Of a stretch of 64,000 nt of DNA, positions 14,001 through 26,444 are shown piece by piece. A program made the position numbers and the translations under genes. Under the pieces are notes generated by a model. It was not told the origin of the DNA. It did not search any database and saw only the letters and a list, made by a program, of their open reading frames with translations. The number at the start of each line of letters is the position of its first letter. Positions within the stretch are counted from its first letter, which is position 1. This DNA comes from Macrostomum hystrix (taxonomy: Eukaryota; Animalia; Platyhelminthes): assembly GCA_950097015.1 (NCBI GenBank), contig CATNEN010000002.1, positions 186,001-250,000 on the forward strand, written 5' to 3'.

Positions 14001-14592
14001 TGCACTATACTGGCACCAGCCGACAACCGCTGAACCGGTTCCCAAGGACCACAAGGGCCCGCCCCGATGGACGCAGCTGAAGCCGCCCAGCAAATGAACG
14101 CGCACAGAGCGCAGAAGAAACAGGCACACAGAGAAAGTATTGAACGCTGAGAAACGCCACTATGACGGTCAGATTTCGAGGGCCGACACCGCAAAATGGA
14201 ATGTCTCAGACGCTCAAAAACAAAGAAAATGAAGGGAACGAAAAAGGCAGCAAAAAAGGAACAGACAACATTCAGTTGGGAATACGAATACATGCGTTGA
14301 TGAGTAATTATATTATTACGATTACGAAAAGTTGCAGTAAAGGTACAGCGCAATATTTGATTTTCGAAAAGTATTTTGTAGGCGAAATGCAGTTCGAAAA
14401 CAACAAAAAACAAAGCAATTAAAAAATTATTCACATACACAATACGAGGTAGTGAGAAATGCTGCAATTGACGCAACCGCGATTCACCTCTTCATTAGTC
14501 TGTCCGCACCGCTCCGCCACGTCTTCAAATTTGAAGTTGTCGACGCCTTCTTACTTTGAACGGATGAGTATGAGTAGGCCGCCATTTGCAAA

Positions 14593-15057
14593 GGCTGGTG
14601 TCGGAGGCTAGTGTCGGAGGCTAGTGTCGGAGGCTAGTGTCGGAGGCTAGTGTGTCGGAGGCTAGTGTCGGAGGCTAGTGTCGGAGGCTAGTGTCAGAGG
14701 CTAGTGTCGGAGGCTAGTGTCGGAGGCTAGTGTCGGAGGCTAGTGTCGGAGGCTAGTGTCGGAGGCTAGTGTCGCAGGCTAGTGTCGGAGGCTAGTGTCG
14801 GAGGCTATAGTGTCGGAGGCTGGTGTCGGAGGCTAGTGTCGGAGGCTAGTGTCGGAGGCTATAGTGTCGGAGGCTAGTGTCGGAGGCTATAGTGTCGGAG
14901 GCTAGTGTCGGAGGCTATAGTGTCGGAGGCTAGTGTCGGAGGCTATAGTGTCGGAGGCTAGTGTCGGAGGCTATAGTGTCGGAGGCTAGTGTCGGAGGCT
15001 ATAGTGTCGGAGGCTAGTGTCGGAGGCTATAGTGTCGGAGGCTAGTGTCGGAGGCTA
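14593..15057. repeat. Minisatellite, 13-bp GTGTCGGAGGCTA with 15-bp (+TA) variants
   Basis: Tandem units visible directly. Confidence 0.96.
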
Positions 15058-17727
15058 TTGATGCAAAGAGTGATTCAGAGATGCAGTATTCCAGCATTGT
15101 CAGATTATAGCTTTGCGTCAGGTCCGATGTGCTGACCACCGAAGGCACCGGTATAATTGCGGCTGCACGATGGCAAATATCAATTTGGAAGATATTGCTG
15201 AACATCGGGTCGCTGAACCGATGAGACAAGTCGCCGAACCGATGAGACGGTCGCCGAAGTGATGAGAGATAGGCCGCCGAAGTAATTAAGCAGGCCGGAG
15301 AATTGATGGTGTGGGGCAAGTTGTCACTGCAGACCGAAGATACGACGCAGAATGACGCGGGCGAGCAGATGACCAATCAAAATAAGTTTTTTTAGGTGGG
15401 ACTTCCATTTTATGTGACGAGTGTTTACTAAGAGTTGTTGTGTAGCGGATTTGGTTTGGGATTTTAAATCGATTGCTTTCAATGTTAGTTTGTTCGACTA
15501 TAGCTGTGACATGGTATGATGGGGCGGGAATGGCGATGGCAACATTCACAACATGTTTATTATAATGATAATAAAAAGTACTAATTAGGTGTTAAACAAA
15601 TTTGGTACAATAATACCCAGGTGTACGTGTAGGAAATAAGCCAATCAGAATACAGGATCAAGGTCAGAGCCAAGTTCTATAATTCTAGTCACAGAGTAAA
15701 ATAAATATTGCGCAAAAAGCTTGTGAATACATATGAACAGTGAAGTAGAAAATAGACACCAAAATAGTGTACTGAACATACTATTTCGGATACAGTATTG
15801 TTATAAAAAGAAAGGTAAGAAAGAAGTATAAATTTTTACAATAATTATATACGACGCTACGATAAACGAACACTGTCACAAGTGTGTCAGACTTCCTGAA
15901 ATCTTTACTGTAAATATTATTTACAGTATTTTATCTTCTGTCGCATGCCCTCTTTCTTTTTACCTCCTATCTGCAAAAACTGCAATATTGTAAATTTTGG
16001 CTATTCCTTGTATATTTATCTCTGCATTCCTTGTATACTGACTAATTTTGCAATACGTTATCCGGTCACTATCCAGCAATTTCACTCAGAGCGATATTAT
16101 ATTACTATTTACCTATGATAGCGCTTTAGTGTCCGATCGACAAGACACCTTATAGTAATTCCCTAAATTTTACATAAACGCACTGGTTTTGACCCATCCT
16201 ATTGAGCCTCCAAGGGATAAAATTAAAAGGGATAATATTACTAGTTAAACCTTCCTTATTCAAAACGTATAAATATCTATATTATTCTTAGTAAGTAATT
16301 AACACAAGAAACAATTTCTCCTAAAGCAAAATTTCATAATATTTCATTATTTCATAATATCATTTATAGCATTTGCGCGGCGGGTTGGCGAGTGCATTTA
16401 AACAACAAAAAGATCGCGAATAATATGTCTTATTTGGTTTTTGGAGTAAATTCAACTTTGCAATATACGATAGAATTTTCTTAAGCCTGCCTCGATTTGC
16501 AAAACTATGTAAAAATTGTATTACATATAACTTAATGAGTATCACACATTAGTACAACTAATCAAATTTGTCAATGTCTTTACTCTATCAATATCTATGA
16601 CTATCGACTATGTAGCAGTAGCAAGTAAATTACTACTATACTACTATTTATTTCATACGAAAATAGAGAGTTTATACTAATTTCTACCTACAATTGTGCA
16701 ATAAATACTTCTATTCCAGTGAATTCATACATTGAGCCTCTAAACATAAAAGCTCTAACTAATATCAAATGTTTCAATCTACTAACTTTAGATTTCTTAT
16801 TTCACAATAGGCCTAGTCAGAAATATTTAGTAATCACAGATTGTGACATTTTAGTCACTAACTTGTAATTTAGTAGGGCCTATATTACTATATATTTTTT
16901 TGCAAACTGTGATGCTCAAGCTGGTCTGTTCTTAGTTCTCCTAGTTCCTAAATCCTACTTCTCCTAAATCCAAACATTTTAGGGCTTACAAAATATAAAT
17001 CAAAATATCACAATAAAGTAGCCTAATACTTACCATGTCCCTATTTTGTGTAAAGCTTAGCTTAGTAGGCCTAGAAGTTTTTTCCACAATATAAGTATTC
17101 ATTATATGGTTCTCCAACTGTCACCTTATCTTTTAACACGGTTTCTTTTAAACTTTTTTAGCATTTTTATGGCTATGTTAATGAGCCTTTAGCATTTACA
17201 TTATGTAACTTGTTTATACTGTAGACCTATAGTAAAAAATGATTAAGAATTGTATAATCTTGTATTGAAACAACTTTATATATTAGGCCTAAGACATGAT
17301 TCAAATTTACAAAAATCTTTAAACTAGTTAAGTAAGATGTAGCATATTTTTTCTCTCCTTCATTCTTACATGTTTTTAAATAATAATTGTATGAGATTAG
17401 GCCTATCTAACCTGCATTGTATTTTAAACATACTTAGGCAATGTAATGAAATAATTTTTTCCACTATCTACTACTTGTTCCTATATAAATAAAAAATTTT
17501 ATAACCATTCTTGTGAAAAGTAGTTATAAGTTTTTGTTTAGTATGTAGATGCAACTGCATCTGCTATTTTAAACTTTGTTGCTTAATTATAGCATTAGCC
17601 ATTTATAAATATAGTTTAGCTTGTATTTCTAAGCTAGATAGGGCCTAGTTATTATTTAGGCATAGGTATTGCAACAGGGTGAGTGGTAGAGTGGTTAGGC
17701 CTAGTGAGTTTGAGAGTTTGGGTGACA

Positions 17728-17900
17728 ATGAGAAAGTCAGGGCAGATGTTCACACCTTTGTGAGCTTGTGCCTATGTACAGTATCTGTGTTTGTGCTAAC
17801 GAGTCAGCATGAATCCTGCAGAATCTAGGCAGGTCTAGTGTCATCAAATGCAGTGTCATTGCCAGCAGCCCTCTTGCAATTATTATTATTATTATTATTA
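17728..17900 (+). mobile_element. SINE-like family B, 3' fragment with (ATT)n tail
   Basis: ATGAGAAAGTCAGGGCAGATG...CAGCCCTCTTGCAATTATTATT matches the copies at 43540-43850 and 27900-28830. Confidence 0.75.
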
Positions 17901-18051
17901 GCATTGCTAACTGGTATAGGTATTTTCTTTTGTAGCTGAATCAATTGGCTTTTACCCAAATTTACAGGCTTGCCAACTAATTTCTATTCTTCTAAAAGTG
18001 TCAGCGGGAGCAGTTCGCACCTGCTGCACCTTCTCTGGCCACAAAGGACCC

Positions 18052-18432
18052 ATGGCGTTGGCTATTCAATCCCGGCTGCAATCATCAGCCGACTTGAATC
18101 CCATCGATCATCTACAAATTGTGAACGAGTCCTCCGGTCACGCGCCCCGATCGCCGGGGGCGAATCCGCGCACAGCCGAGTCTCATTTCAAAGTCCTGAT
18201 CGTGTCTAAACAGTTCGATAATCTATCTTTAGTTAATAGGCATCGATTGGTCAATCGGGTCTTGTCAATTTTTTTAACATCGTCAGGCCAAGCTAGCAGC
18301 AGCAGCAGCCTGCACGCCTTGAGCATCGATGCCAGAACACCAGCTGAGTGGGCCGCTGTTGCCGCGGGCGAAGCTGTGCCTGGCTCGCCACCCTGCATGG
18401 GTGGTGAGCGGTCGTTAAATAAGAAACAATAA
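18052..18432 (+). CDS. BOLA1: BolA-like protein (BOLA1 type); frame is open further upstream without an ATG
   Basis: Motifs HLQIVNESSGH, ESHFKVLIVSKQF, LVNRHRLVN, LHALSIDARTPAEW and the C-terminal SPPCMGG typical of BOLA1. First ATG at 18052; the track's 17998 start is GTG. Confidence 0.88.
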   Translation: MALAIQSRLQSSADLNPIDHLQIVNESSGHAPRSPGANPRTAESHFKVLIVSKQFDNLSLVNRHRLVNRVLSIFLTSSGQASSSSSLHALSIDARTPAEWAAVAAGEAVPGSPPCMGGERSLNKKQ

Positions 18433-18542
18433 TTAGGAGACTTTGTAATGACTTATTTACTCTGTCTACTCAAATTGGAATTGGTTTTGCAATTTAAAAT
18501 ATTATAATTTGTAAACATATTTTTACTTGTTTTTTTCATAAT

Positions 18543-18828
18543 AATTACACCTGCCCCAATCGGGTCAGGCAGGCGACAGCACATCTGAATGCTGCGTACC
18601 GCTGTTCAGTCCATGGACTGGAGGGGGGGCACGTCACACCCACCCTCAATAACCCCAGCTAATGCTGGTACCCATTTTAATAGCTTAATTGGCTGGGTGA
18701 ACTGAACCATTGAATGGATAGTTAAATGTCTTGCCAAATAACACGAATATGTTTCAGTGGAGTCGGGAATCGAACCTCCGACTTTCAAGTCGTGAGTCCG
18801 CTGCTCTCACCACTAGACTACAACCTCC
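18543..18828 (-). mobile_element. tRNA-derived SINE family A, copy 2 (apparently full length)
   Basis: Minus-strand head GGAGGTTGTAGTCTAGTGG...GGTTCGATTCCCGACTCC, central CAGTTCACCCAGC...AAAATGGGTACCAGC, and a 3' end with short hairpins shared with copy 1. Confidence 0.82.
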
Positions 18829-19082
18829 CTATTTATTTTTATATATCTAGAAACTGCAGCTAGTGCAGTCCCTGGACTGGTCGGGGGTCGTTAATTGTAT
18901 TCCTATAAAGTATAAATACCCTTGTAGTATAATAATATATATACTTTTAGTTTTGACTATTATAGCTCTCATAGTCCCAGAAAAACAAAGTACATACATT
19001 CTCATATGATTGTCTCTTTCAGATATTGTCAAGTTCTTTAAAGAAGCAAAGCAATAAAAGCAATCAGTGCTAAACATCGAAC

Positions 19083-22000
19083 ATGACTTCGCCAACTGAA
19101 ACCAGCGTGCCCCAGGTAAATTTTCAAAGCTCCAAGCTCGAGATTGGAGCCACTGATCCTTCGACTCTGCAGGCCCAGCTGCAGCAGCAGCCGCTGCCGC
19201 CCGATGGAAAATCCTTGCAGGATCCCGCACTGCTGACTTGCCCGCCTGTCAGGGAGAGATTCTTTGTGACCAAGGTGCCAAGGCAGGAGATTATGGACAT
19301 CTGCATCACAGCTGGCGTCAAGGCCGAATCTGATGGACAGGTTAAACAGCTGTTTGTGCTCACTGAAATCGACCACTGGAACAATAACTATGAGAAGGTT
19401 GTGCTGCTATGCGAGAACTCCGTGCTGGCTGTCAAGTTCGACTTTGTAACCAGGCGCTTCAAGCACGCCAAGAGAATCTTGCTGAGCTCCATTGTCAAGG
19501 TGCGTGTCTGACACCATGGGATTAGACTGGTGCGTGTCTGACATCATGGGATCTGACTGGTGTGTGTCTGACACAAGGGGATCTGACTGGTGTGTGTCTG
19601 ACACAATGGGATTAGACTGGTGTGTGTCTGACACCATGGGATTAGACTGGTGCGTGTCTGACACCATGGGATCTGACTGGTGTGTGTCTGACACAAGGGG
19701 ATCTGACTGGTGTGTGTCTGACACCATGGGATTAGACTGGTGCGTGTCTGACACAATGGGATCTGACTGGTGTGTCTGACACAATGGGATTAGACTGGTG
19801 TGTGTCTGACACAAGGGGATCTGACTGGTGTGTGTCTGACACCATGGGATTAGACTGGTGCGTGTCTGACACAATGGGATCTGACTGGTGTGTCTGACAC
19901 AATGGGATCTGACTGGTGTGTGTCTGACACCATGGGATCTGACTGGTGTGTGTCTGACACAATGGGATCTGACTGGTGTGTGTCTGACACAATGGGATCT
20001 GACTGGTGTGTGTCTGACACCATGGGATTAGACTGGTGTGTGTCTGACACAATGGGATCTGACTGGTGTGTCTGACACAATGGCATCTGACTGGTGCGTG
20101 TCTGACACAATGGGATCTGACTGGTGCGTGTCTGACACAATGGGATTAGACTGGTGTGTGTCTGACACCATGGGATTAGACTGGTGTGTGTCTGACACCA
20201 TGGGATCTGACTGGTGCGTGTCTGACACAATGGGATCTGACTGGTGTGTGTCTGACACCATGGGATCTGACTGGTGCGTGTCTGACACAATGGGATTAGA
20301 CTGGTGTGTCTGACACCATGGGATTAGACTGGTGTGTGTCTGACACCATGGGATCTGACTGGTGTGTGTCTGACACCATGGGATTAGACTGGTGTGTGTC
20401 TGACACCATGGGATTAGACTGGTGTGTGTCTGACACAATGGGATCTGACTGGTGTGTGTCTGACACAATGGGATCTGACTGGTGTGTGTCTGACACCATG
20501 GGATCTGACTGGTGTGTGTCTGACACAATGGGATCTGACTGGTGTGTGTCTGACACCATGGGATCTGACTGGTGCGTGTCTGACACCATGGGATCTGACT
20601 GGTGTGTGTCTGACACAATGGGATCTGACTGGTGTGTCTGACACCATGGGATCTGACTGGTGCGTGTCTGACACCATGGGATCTGACTGGTGTGTGTCTG
20701 ACACAATGGGATCTGACTGGTGTGTCTGACACAATGGGATCTGACTGGTGTGTCTGACACCATGGGATTTGACTGGTGTGTCTGACACCATGGGATTTGA
20801 CTGGTGTGTCTGACACCATGGGATTTGACTGGTGTGTGTCTGACACCATGGGATCTGACTGGTGTGTGTCTGACACAATGGGATTTGACTGGTGCGTGTC
20901 TGACACCATGGGATCTGACTGGTGTGTGTCTGACACAATGGGATCTGACTGGTGTGTCTGACACCATGGGATTTGACTGGTGTGTGTCTGACACCATGGG
21001 ATCTGACTGGTGTGTGTCTGACACAATGGGATCTGACTGGTGCGTGTCTGACACCATGGGATCTGACTGGTGTGTGTCTGACACAATGGGATCTGACTGG
21101 TGTGTGTCTGACACAATGGGATCTGACTGGTGTGTGTCTGACACAATGGGATCTGACTGGTGTGTGTCTGGCACAATGGGATCTGACTGGTGTGTCTGAC
21201 ACCATGGGATCTGACTGGTGTGTGTCTGACACAATGGGATCTGACTGGTGTGTCTGACACCATGGGATTTGACTGGTGTGTGTCTGACACCATGGGATCT
21301 GACTGGTGTGTGTCTGACACAATGGGATCTGACTGGTGTGTGTCTGACACAATGGGATCTGACTGGTGTGTGTCTGACACCATGGGATTAGACTGGTGTG
21401 TGTCTGACACAATGGGATCTGACTGGTGTGTCTGACACAATGGCATCTGACTGGTGCGTGTCTGACACAATGGGATCTGACTGGTGCGTGTCTGACACAA
21501 TGGGATTAGACTGGTGTGTGTCTGACACCATGGGATTAGACTGGTGTGTGTCTGACACCATGGGATCTGACTGGTGCGTGTCTGACACAATGGGATCTGA
21601 CTGGTGTGTGTCTGACACCATGGGATCTGACTGGTGCGTGTCTGACACAATGGGATTAGACTGGTGTGTCTGACACCATGGGATTAGACTGGTGTGTGTC
21701 TGACACCATGGGATCTGACTGGTGTGTGTCTGACACCATGGGATTAGACTGGTGTGTGTCTGACACCATGGGATTAGACTGGTGTGTGTCTGACACAATG
21801 GGATCTGACTGGTGTGTGTCTGACACAATGGGATCTGACTGGTGTGTGTCTGACACCATGGGATCTGACTGGTGTGTGTCTGACACAATGGGATCTGACT
21901 GGTGTGTGTCTGACACCATGGGATCTGACTGGTGCGTGTCTGACACCATGGGATCTGACTGGTGTGTGTCTGACACAATGGGATCTGACTGGTGTGTCTG

Positions 22001-23867
22001 ACACCATGGGATCTGACTGGTGCGTGTCTGACACCATGGGATCTGACTGGTGTGTGTCTGACACAATGGGATCTGACTGGTGTGTCTGACACAATGGGAT
22101 CTGACTGGTGTGTCTGACACCATGGGATTTGACTGGTGTGTCTGACACCATGGGATTTGACTGGTGTGTCTGACACCATGGGATTTGACTGGTGTGTGTC
22201 TGACACCATGGGATCTGACTGGTGTGTGTCTGACACAATGGGATTTGACTGGTGCGTGTCTGACACCATGGGATCTGACTGGTGTGTGTCTGACACAATG
22301 GGATCTGACTGGTGTGTCTGACACCATGGGATTTGACTGGTGTGTGTCTGACACCATGGGATCTGACTGGTGTGTGTCTGACACAATGGGATCTGACTGG
22401 TGCGTGTCTGACACCATGGGATCTGACTGGTGTGTGTCTGACACAATGGGATCTGACTGGTGTGTGTCTGACACAATGGGATCTGACTGGTGTGTGTCTG
22501 ACACAATGGGATCTGACTGGTGTGTGTCTGGCACAATGGGATCTGACTGGTGTGTCTGACACCATGGGATCTGACTGGTGTGTGTCTGACACAATGGGAT
22601 CTGACTGGTGTGTCTGACACCATGGGATTTGACTGGTGTGTGTCTGACACCATGGGATCTGACTGGTGTGTGTCTGACACAATGGGATCTGACTGGTGTG
22701 TGTCTGACACAATGGGATCTGACTGGTGTGTGTCTGACACAATGGGATCTGACTGGTGTGTCTGACACAATGGGATCTGACTGGTGTGTGTCTGGCACAA
22801 TGGGATCTGACTGGTGTGTCTGACACCATGGGATTTGACTGGTGTGTGTCTGGCACAATGGGATCTGACTGGTGTGTCTGACACCATGGGATTTGACTGG
22901 TGTGTGTCTGACACCATGGGATCTGACTGGTGTGTGTCTGACACAACTGTTGTAACGCCACTTCTGAGACTCTAGTAATTTCGAATTGCACGCTTGTATG
23001 CCTGCTTGTCTCTCCCAACAGGCGGTAAGAAAAAGTTTTTAGTGTTGTATGCGTGTGTGTGTGTGTATGTGACTATGTTTGTCTTTCTTGCGTGTACGGG
23101 TCGATGTAAATGACACAAAGAAGGCCTATCTGGTTTTTCTTTATTTAGTTTTGCTCTGTCTGTCTCTCTTAAATTCTTCTTAGCTAGTTGGGTTAGAACG
23201 ATTTTTTGTCAGTGGAAAATAGTGAAAATAAAAATCTTCTAGTTTGCAAATATTTGCAGCTTTGCCTATTTAGTTGAGAATATTACATTCATCACAGTTC
23301 ATAAGTCATCTTTTCATATTAGACATTTTTGTAGAGTTAACAGACTTTTAGCCAATAAAATAAGGCGTCGATGCTTAAGTTAACTCAATTTTTTCGATAC
23401 ATATGGGTTAATGGTGTTCTCTATTATACATACCATACATTCGCACTTTTCGATACATATCGTTATATTCGCCCTAATCGCCACATCCGCAGCTGGCTAT
23501 GGGCGAGGTGGTTTTCCCGGGCCGCACAATGGCTGACCCGCGTCGCCACGGCGCCGCCCGCATCTACTGGGGCGATCCGAACCAGGTGGCTCTTAGCCAG
23601 CGCTGGAATCCCTTCAACTCGGACAACATCCCCTACCTGACCCTGGCCCACCATCCGCTGCACTATTGCGATCAGGATCGCGCCGATGCCATCTTCGACA
23701 TTGACGCCTTCTTTGTCGAACTCGCCGGGGTATTGCGCCAACGTCACCCCGACGTGCCCATTGTTGCCGAGCAGTTGCCAGTCAGTCTGCTGCACGGCCT
23801 CGCCTCCACCGTGTTCAACCAGAGCGGCCTGGGCTACTCAAAGGATCGTAACGGAGCCAGCTTTTAA
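19083..23867 (+). CDS. TPRG1L: TPRG1/TPRG1L (Mover; hSac2-domain) family protein, 263 aa
   Basis: Exons 19083-19499 (LTEIDHWNNNYEKVVLL) and 23493-23867 (RIYWG...QRWNPFNSDNIPYLTLAHHP), phase 0. Both motifs match the family as I recall it. Confidence 0.85.
19500..22946. repeat. Intronic minisatellite, 30/28-bp unit GTGTGTGTCTGACACAATGGGATCTGACTG, with 1360-bp higher-order duplication
   Basis: Tandem units begin at the donor GT. The rare variant TGGCATCTGA recurs at 20081 and 21441, and GGCACAATG at ~21170 and ~22530. Confidence 0.97.
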
Positions 23868-24896
23868 TCTGTCTGTCTGAGTTCTATTGCTTTGAAGTAG
23901 AAATTATATATTACTTTTTGGTCTTCGAGAAAAAATGGTAATAAACTTGGCATTACAACATTTCACACTACTTAAACCGGATCGACGATTGTTAGTAGTA
24001 CAGTGCGGGTTTTACAATAAATATTTTTGATCAAGTTGAAAAAACAGCAATTTTACTATTTACAGTTGTTCTGTGTTGGAGTTTATTTTTCTTTTTCGCC
24101 TTTCAGACGGTCGATCCAGTTTTGGTTTTGGAACTGTCCACAATTGACACGCAGTTCAGCCAGTCTAAGTCGTGTGTAATCCATTTATAATGATTTTTCT
24201 GTTTGCTGTTTATATGTACTTTTAATTTATTATTTTCCCTATTTCAGTGTTGTAAACAAAGATTACCATTTTTCTCACAAGTGTGCGAGGCATTAAGCGT
24301 GAACTGTGTTTGTCTCGTTATTAGCTTTGGTGTTGTTTGTCATTTTTGCAGAAAAAAGTCTTTAGTAAAGTCGCTACTATTTAAAATTTTCTCTCTACTT
24401 TGAACACATTTTTTCTGCAGTACAAATAATATATAAGCTACTGCAAGTAGCGAGATACATCAAATATTATTAACGTTAATATTTACGTAGAATTGCTATC
24501 CATATTATCCAGTACATAAGACTTGTTGTACTAATTAATTATGCTAAATAGCAAGTGATTTCCTTTGTAACTTTTTCTTCTTTTGCAGTAGAGTTTTTGA
24601 AACATTTTGTTATTCCCTTATTCACATAACCTTCAAGTCCAATTAATGTGTTCTTATGAAGTGCTTATAAAATATTAATCCGTATTACGAGTATTTACAA
24701 AAAAATTCTATAAATAAACTTCTTTTACTCTCGTTTTATTCCGAACTAACTACAGAACAAAAAGTTGCGAATAAGCGAATTCATAAGCTAAGCCTCTGAA
24801 ACTTTTTGTTTTATTTCGGTAGATTTTTAAGTCTTCCGCGTTTTAAAGTCATTTCCTTCATGCATCAAAATCTGAGATTACTGTGGGTCATTCCGA

Positions 24897-26108
24897 AGAT
24901 CTGGGAAGATAATGGGCCAAGCTGAGGATCTGGGAAAATAATGGGTCAGTCTGGAGATCTGGGAAGATAATGGGCCCAGCTGAGGATCTGGGAAATATTG
25001 GGCCAAGCTGAGGATCTGGGAAGATAATGGGTCAAGCTGAGGTTCTGGGAAGAAAATGGGTCAGTCTGGAGATCTGGGAAGATAATGGGTCAAGCTGAGG
25101 ATCTGGGAAGATAATGGGCCCAGCTGAGGATCTGGGAAATATTGGGCCAAGCTGAGGATCTGGGAAGATAATGGGCCCAGCTGAGGATCTGGGAAATATT
25201 GGGCCAAGCTGAGGATCTGGGAAAATAATGGGTCAGTCTGGAGATCTGGGAAAATAATGGGTCAGTCTGGAGATCTGGGAAGATAATGGGTCAAGCTGAG
25301 GATCTGGGAAGATAATGGGCCCAGCTGAGGATCTGGGAAGATAATGGGCCAAGCTGAGGATCTGGGAAAATAATGGGTCAAGCTGAGGATCTGGGAAGAT
25401 AATGGGTCAAGCTGGGGATCTGGGAAAATAATGGGTCAGTCTGGAGATCTGGGAAGATAATGGGTCAAGCTGAGGATCTGGGAAGATAATGGGTCAAGCT
25501 GGGGATCTGGGAAGATAATGGGCCCAGCTGAGGATCTGGGAAGATAATGGGCCCAGCTGAGGATCTGGGAAATATTGGGCCAAGCTGAGGATCTGGGAAA
25601 ATAATGGGTCAGTCTGGAGATCTGGGAAAATAATGGGTCAGTCTGGAGATCTGGGAAGATAATGGGTCAAGCTGGGGATCTGGGAAGATAATGGGCCCAG
25701 CTGAGGATCTGGGAAGATAATGGGCCCAGCTGAGGATCTGGGAAATATTGGGCCAAGCTGAGGATCTGGGAAAATAATGGGTCAGTCTGGAGATCTGGGA
25801 AAATAATGGGTCAGTCTGGAGATCTGGGAAGATAATGGGTCAAGCTGAGGATCTGGGAAGATAATGGGTCAAGCTGGGGATCTGGGAAGATAATGGGCCA
25901 AGCTGAGGATCTGGGAAGATAATGGGTCAAGCTGAGGATCTGGGAAGATAATGGGCCCAGCTGAGGATCTGGGAAGATAATGGGCCAAGCTGAGGATCTG
26001 GGAAGATAATGGGCCAAGCTGGGGATCTGGGAAGATAATGGGCCAAGCTGGGGATCTGGGAAGATAATGGGCCAAGCTGGGGATCTGGGAAGATAATGGG
26101 CCCAGCTG
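24897..26108. repeat. Minisatellite, 29-bp unit GATCTGGGAAGATAATGGGYCAAGCTGAG
   Basis: Tandem units lying between the convergent 3' ends of TPRG1L and PIG-Q. Confidence 0.96.
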
Positions 26109-26444
26109 ATATGGCTTTCAGGGACATGTTTAGGATGTTGAGATTAATTCGAAGTAAAAATTGGAAGCAATATTTAATAGACACTTCGTCTTACCAGGCA
26201 GTTATGAACAATCAGCAAAGAGTACTTTTAATATTATATTTTAAGACATAACTAAAAGAGAAATGCAGAACAAGAATTGGCATTGCAGAGCTACGATATG
26301 TACAAAAGCACAACTATTAATAAATAAACAGTTACCACATAGGAGGAAATCAGAATCACAATCACTTATCTTAAATCCAGGCGAGTCAGAAATCGAAACC
26401 ACGACCGTCTGTCGGGCGGTTAGCTGACATTAAATTTACTTAAG

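Noticed and set aside
13754-14476. 240-aa minus ORF and 73-aa plus ORF
   Set aside because: No ATG-anchored recognisable protein. Noted only as the interior of the direct-repeat structure.
18756-18828. tRNA-Val-like sequence (also 8655-8727)
   Set aside because: It has A/B boxes but poor cloverleaf stems and continues into a shared SINE body, so it is treated as a SINE head, not a tRNA gene.
19407-23018. ORFs up to 540 aa (CQTHTSQIP / SDTHQSDP / CVSDTMGSDW)
   Set aside because: These are translations of the intronic 30-bp satellite within TPRG1L.
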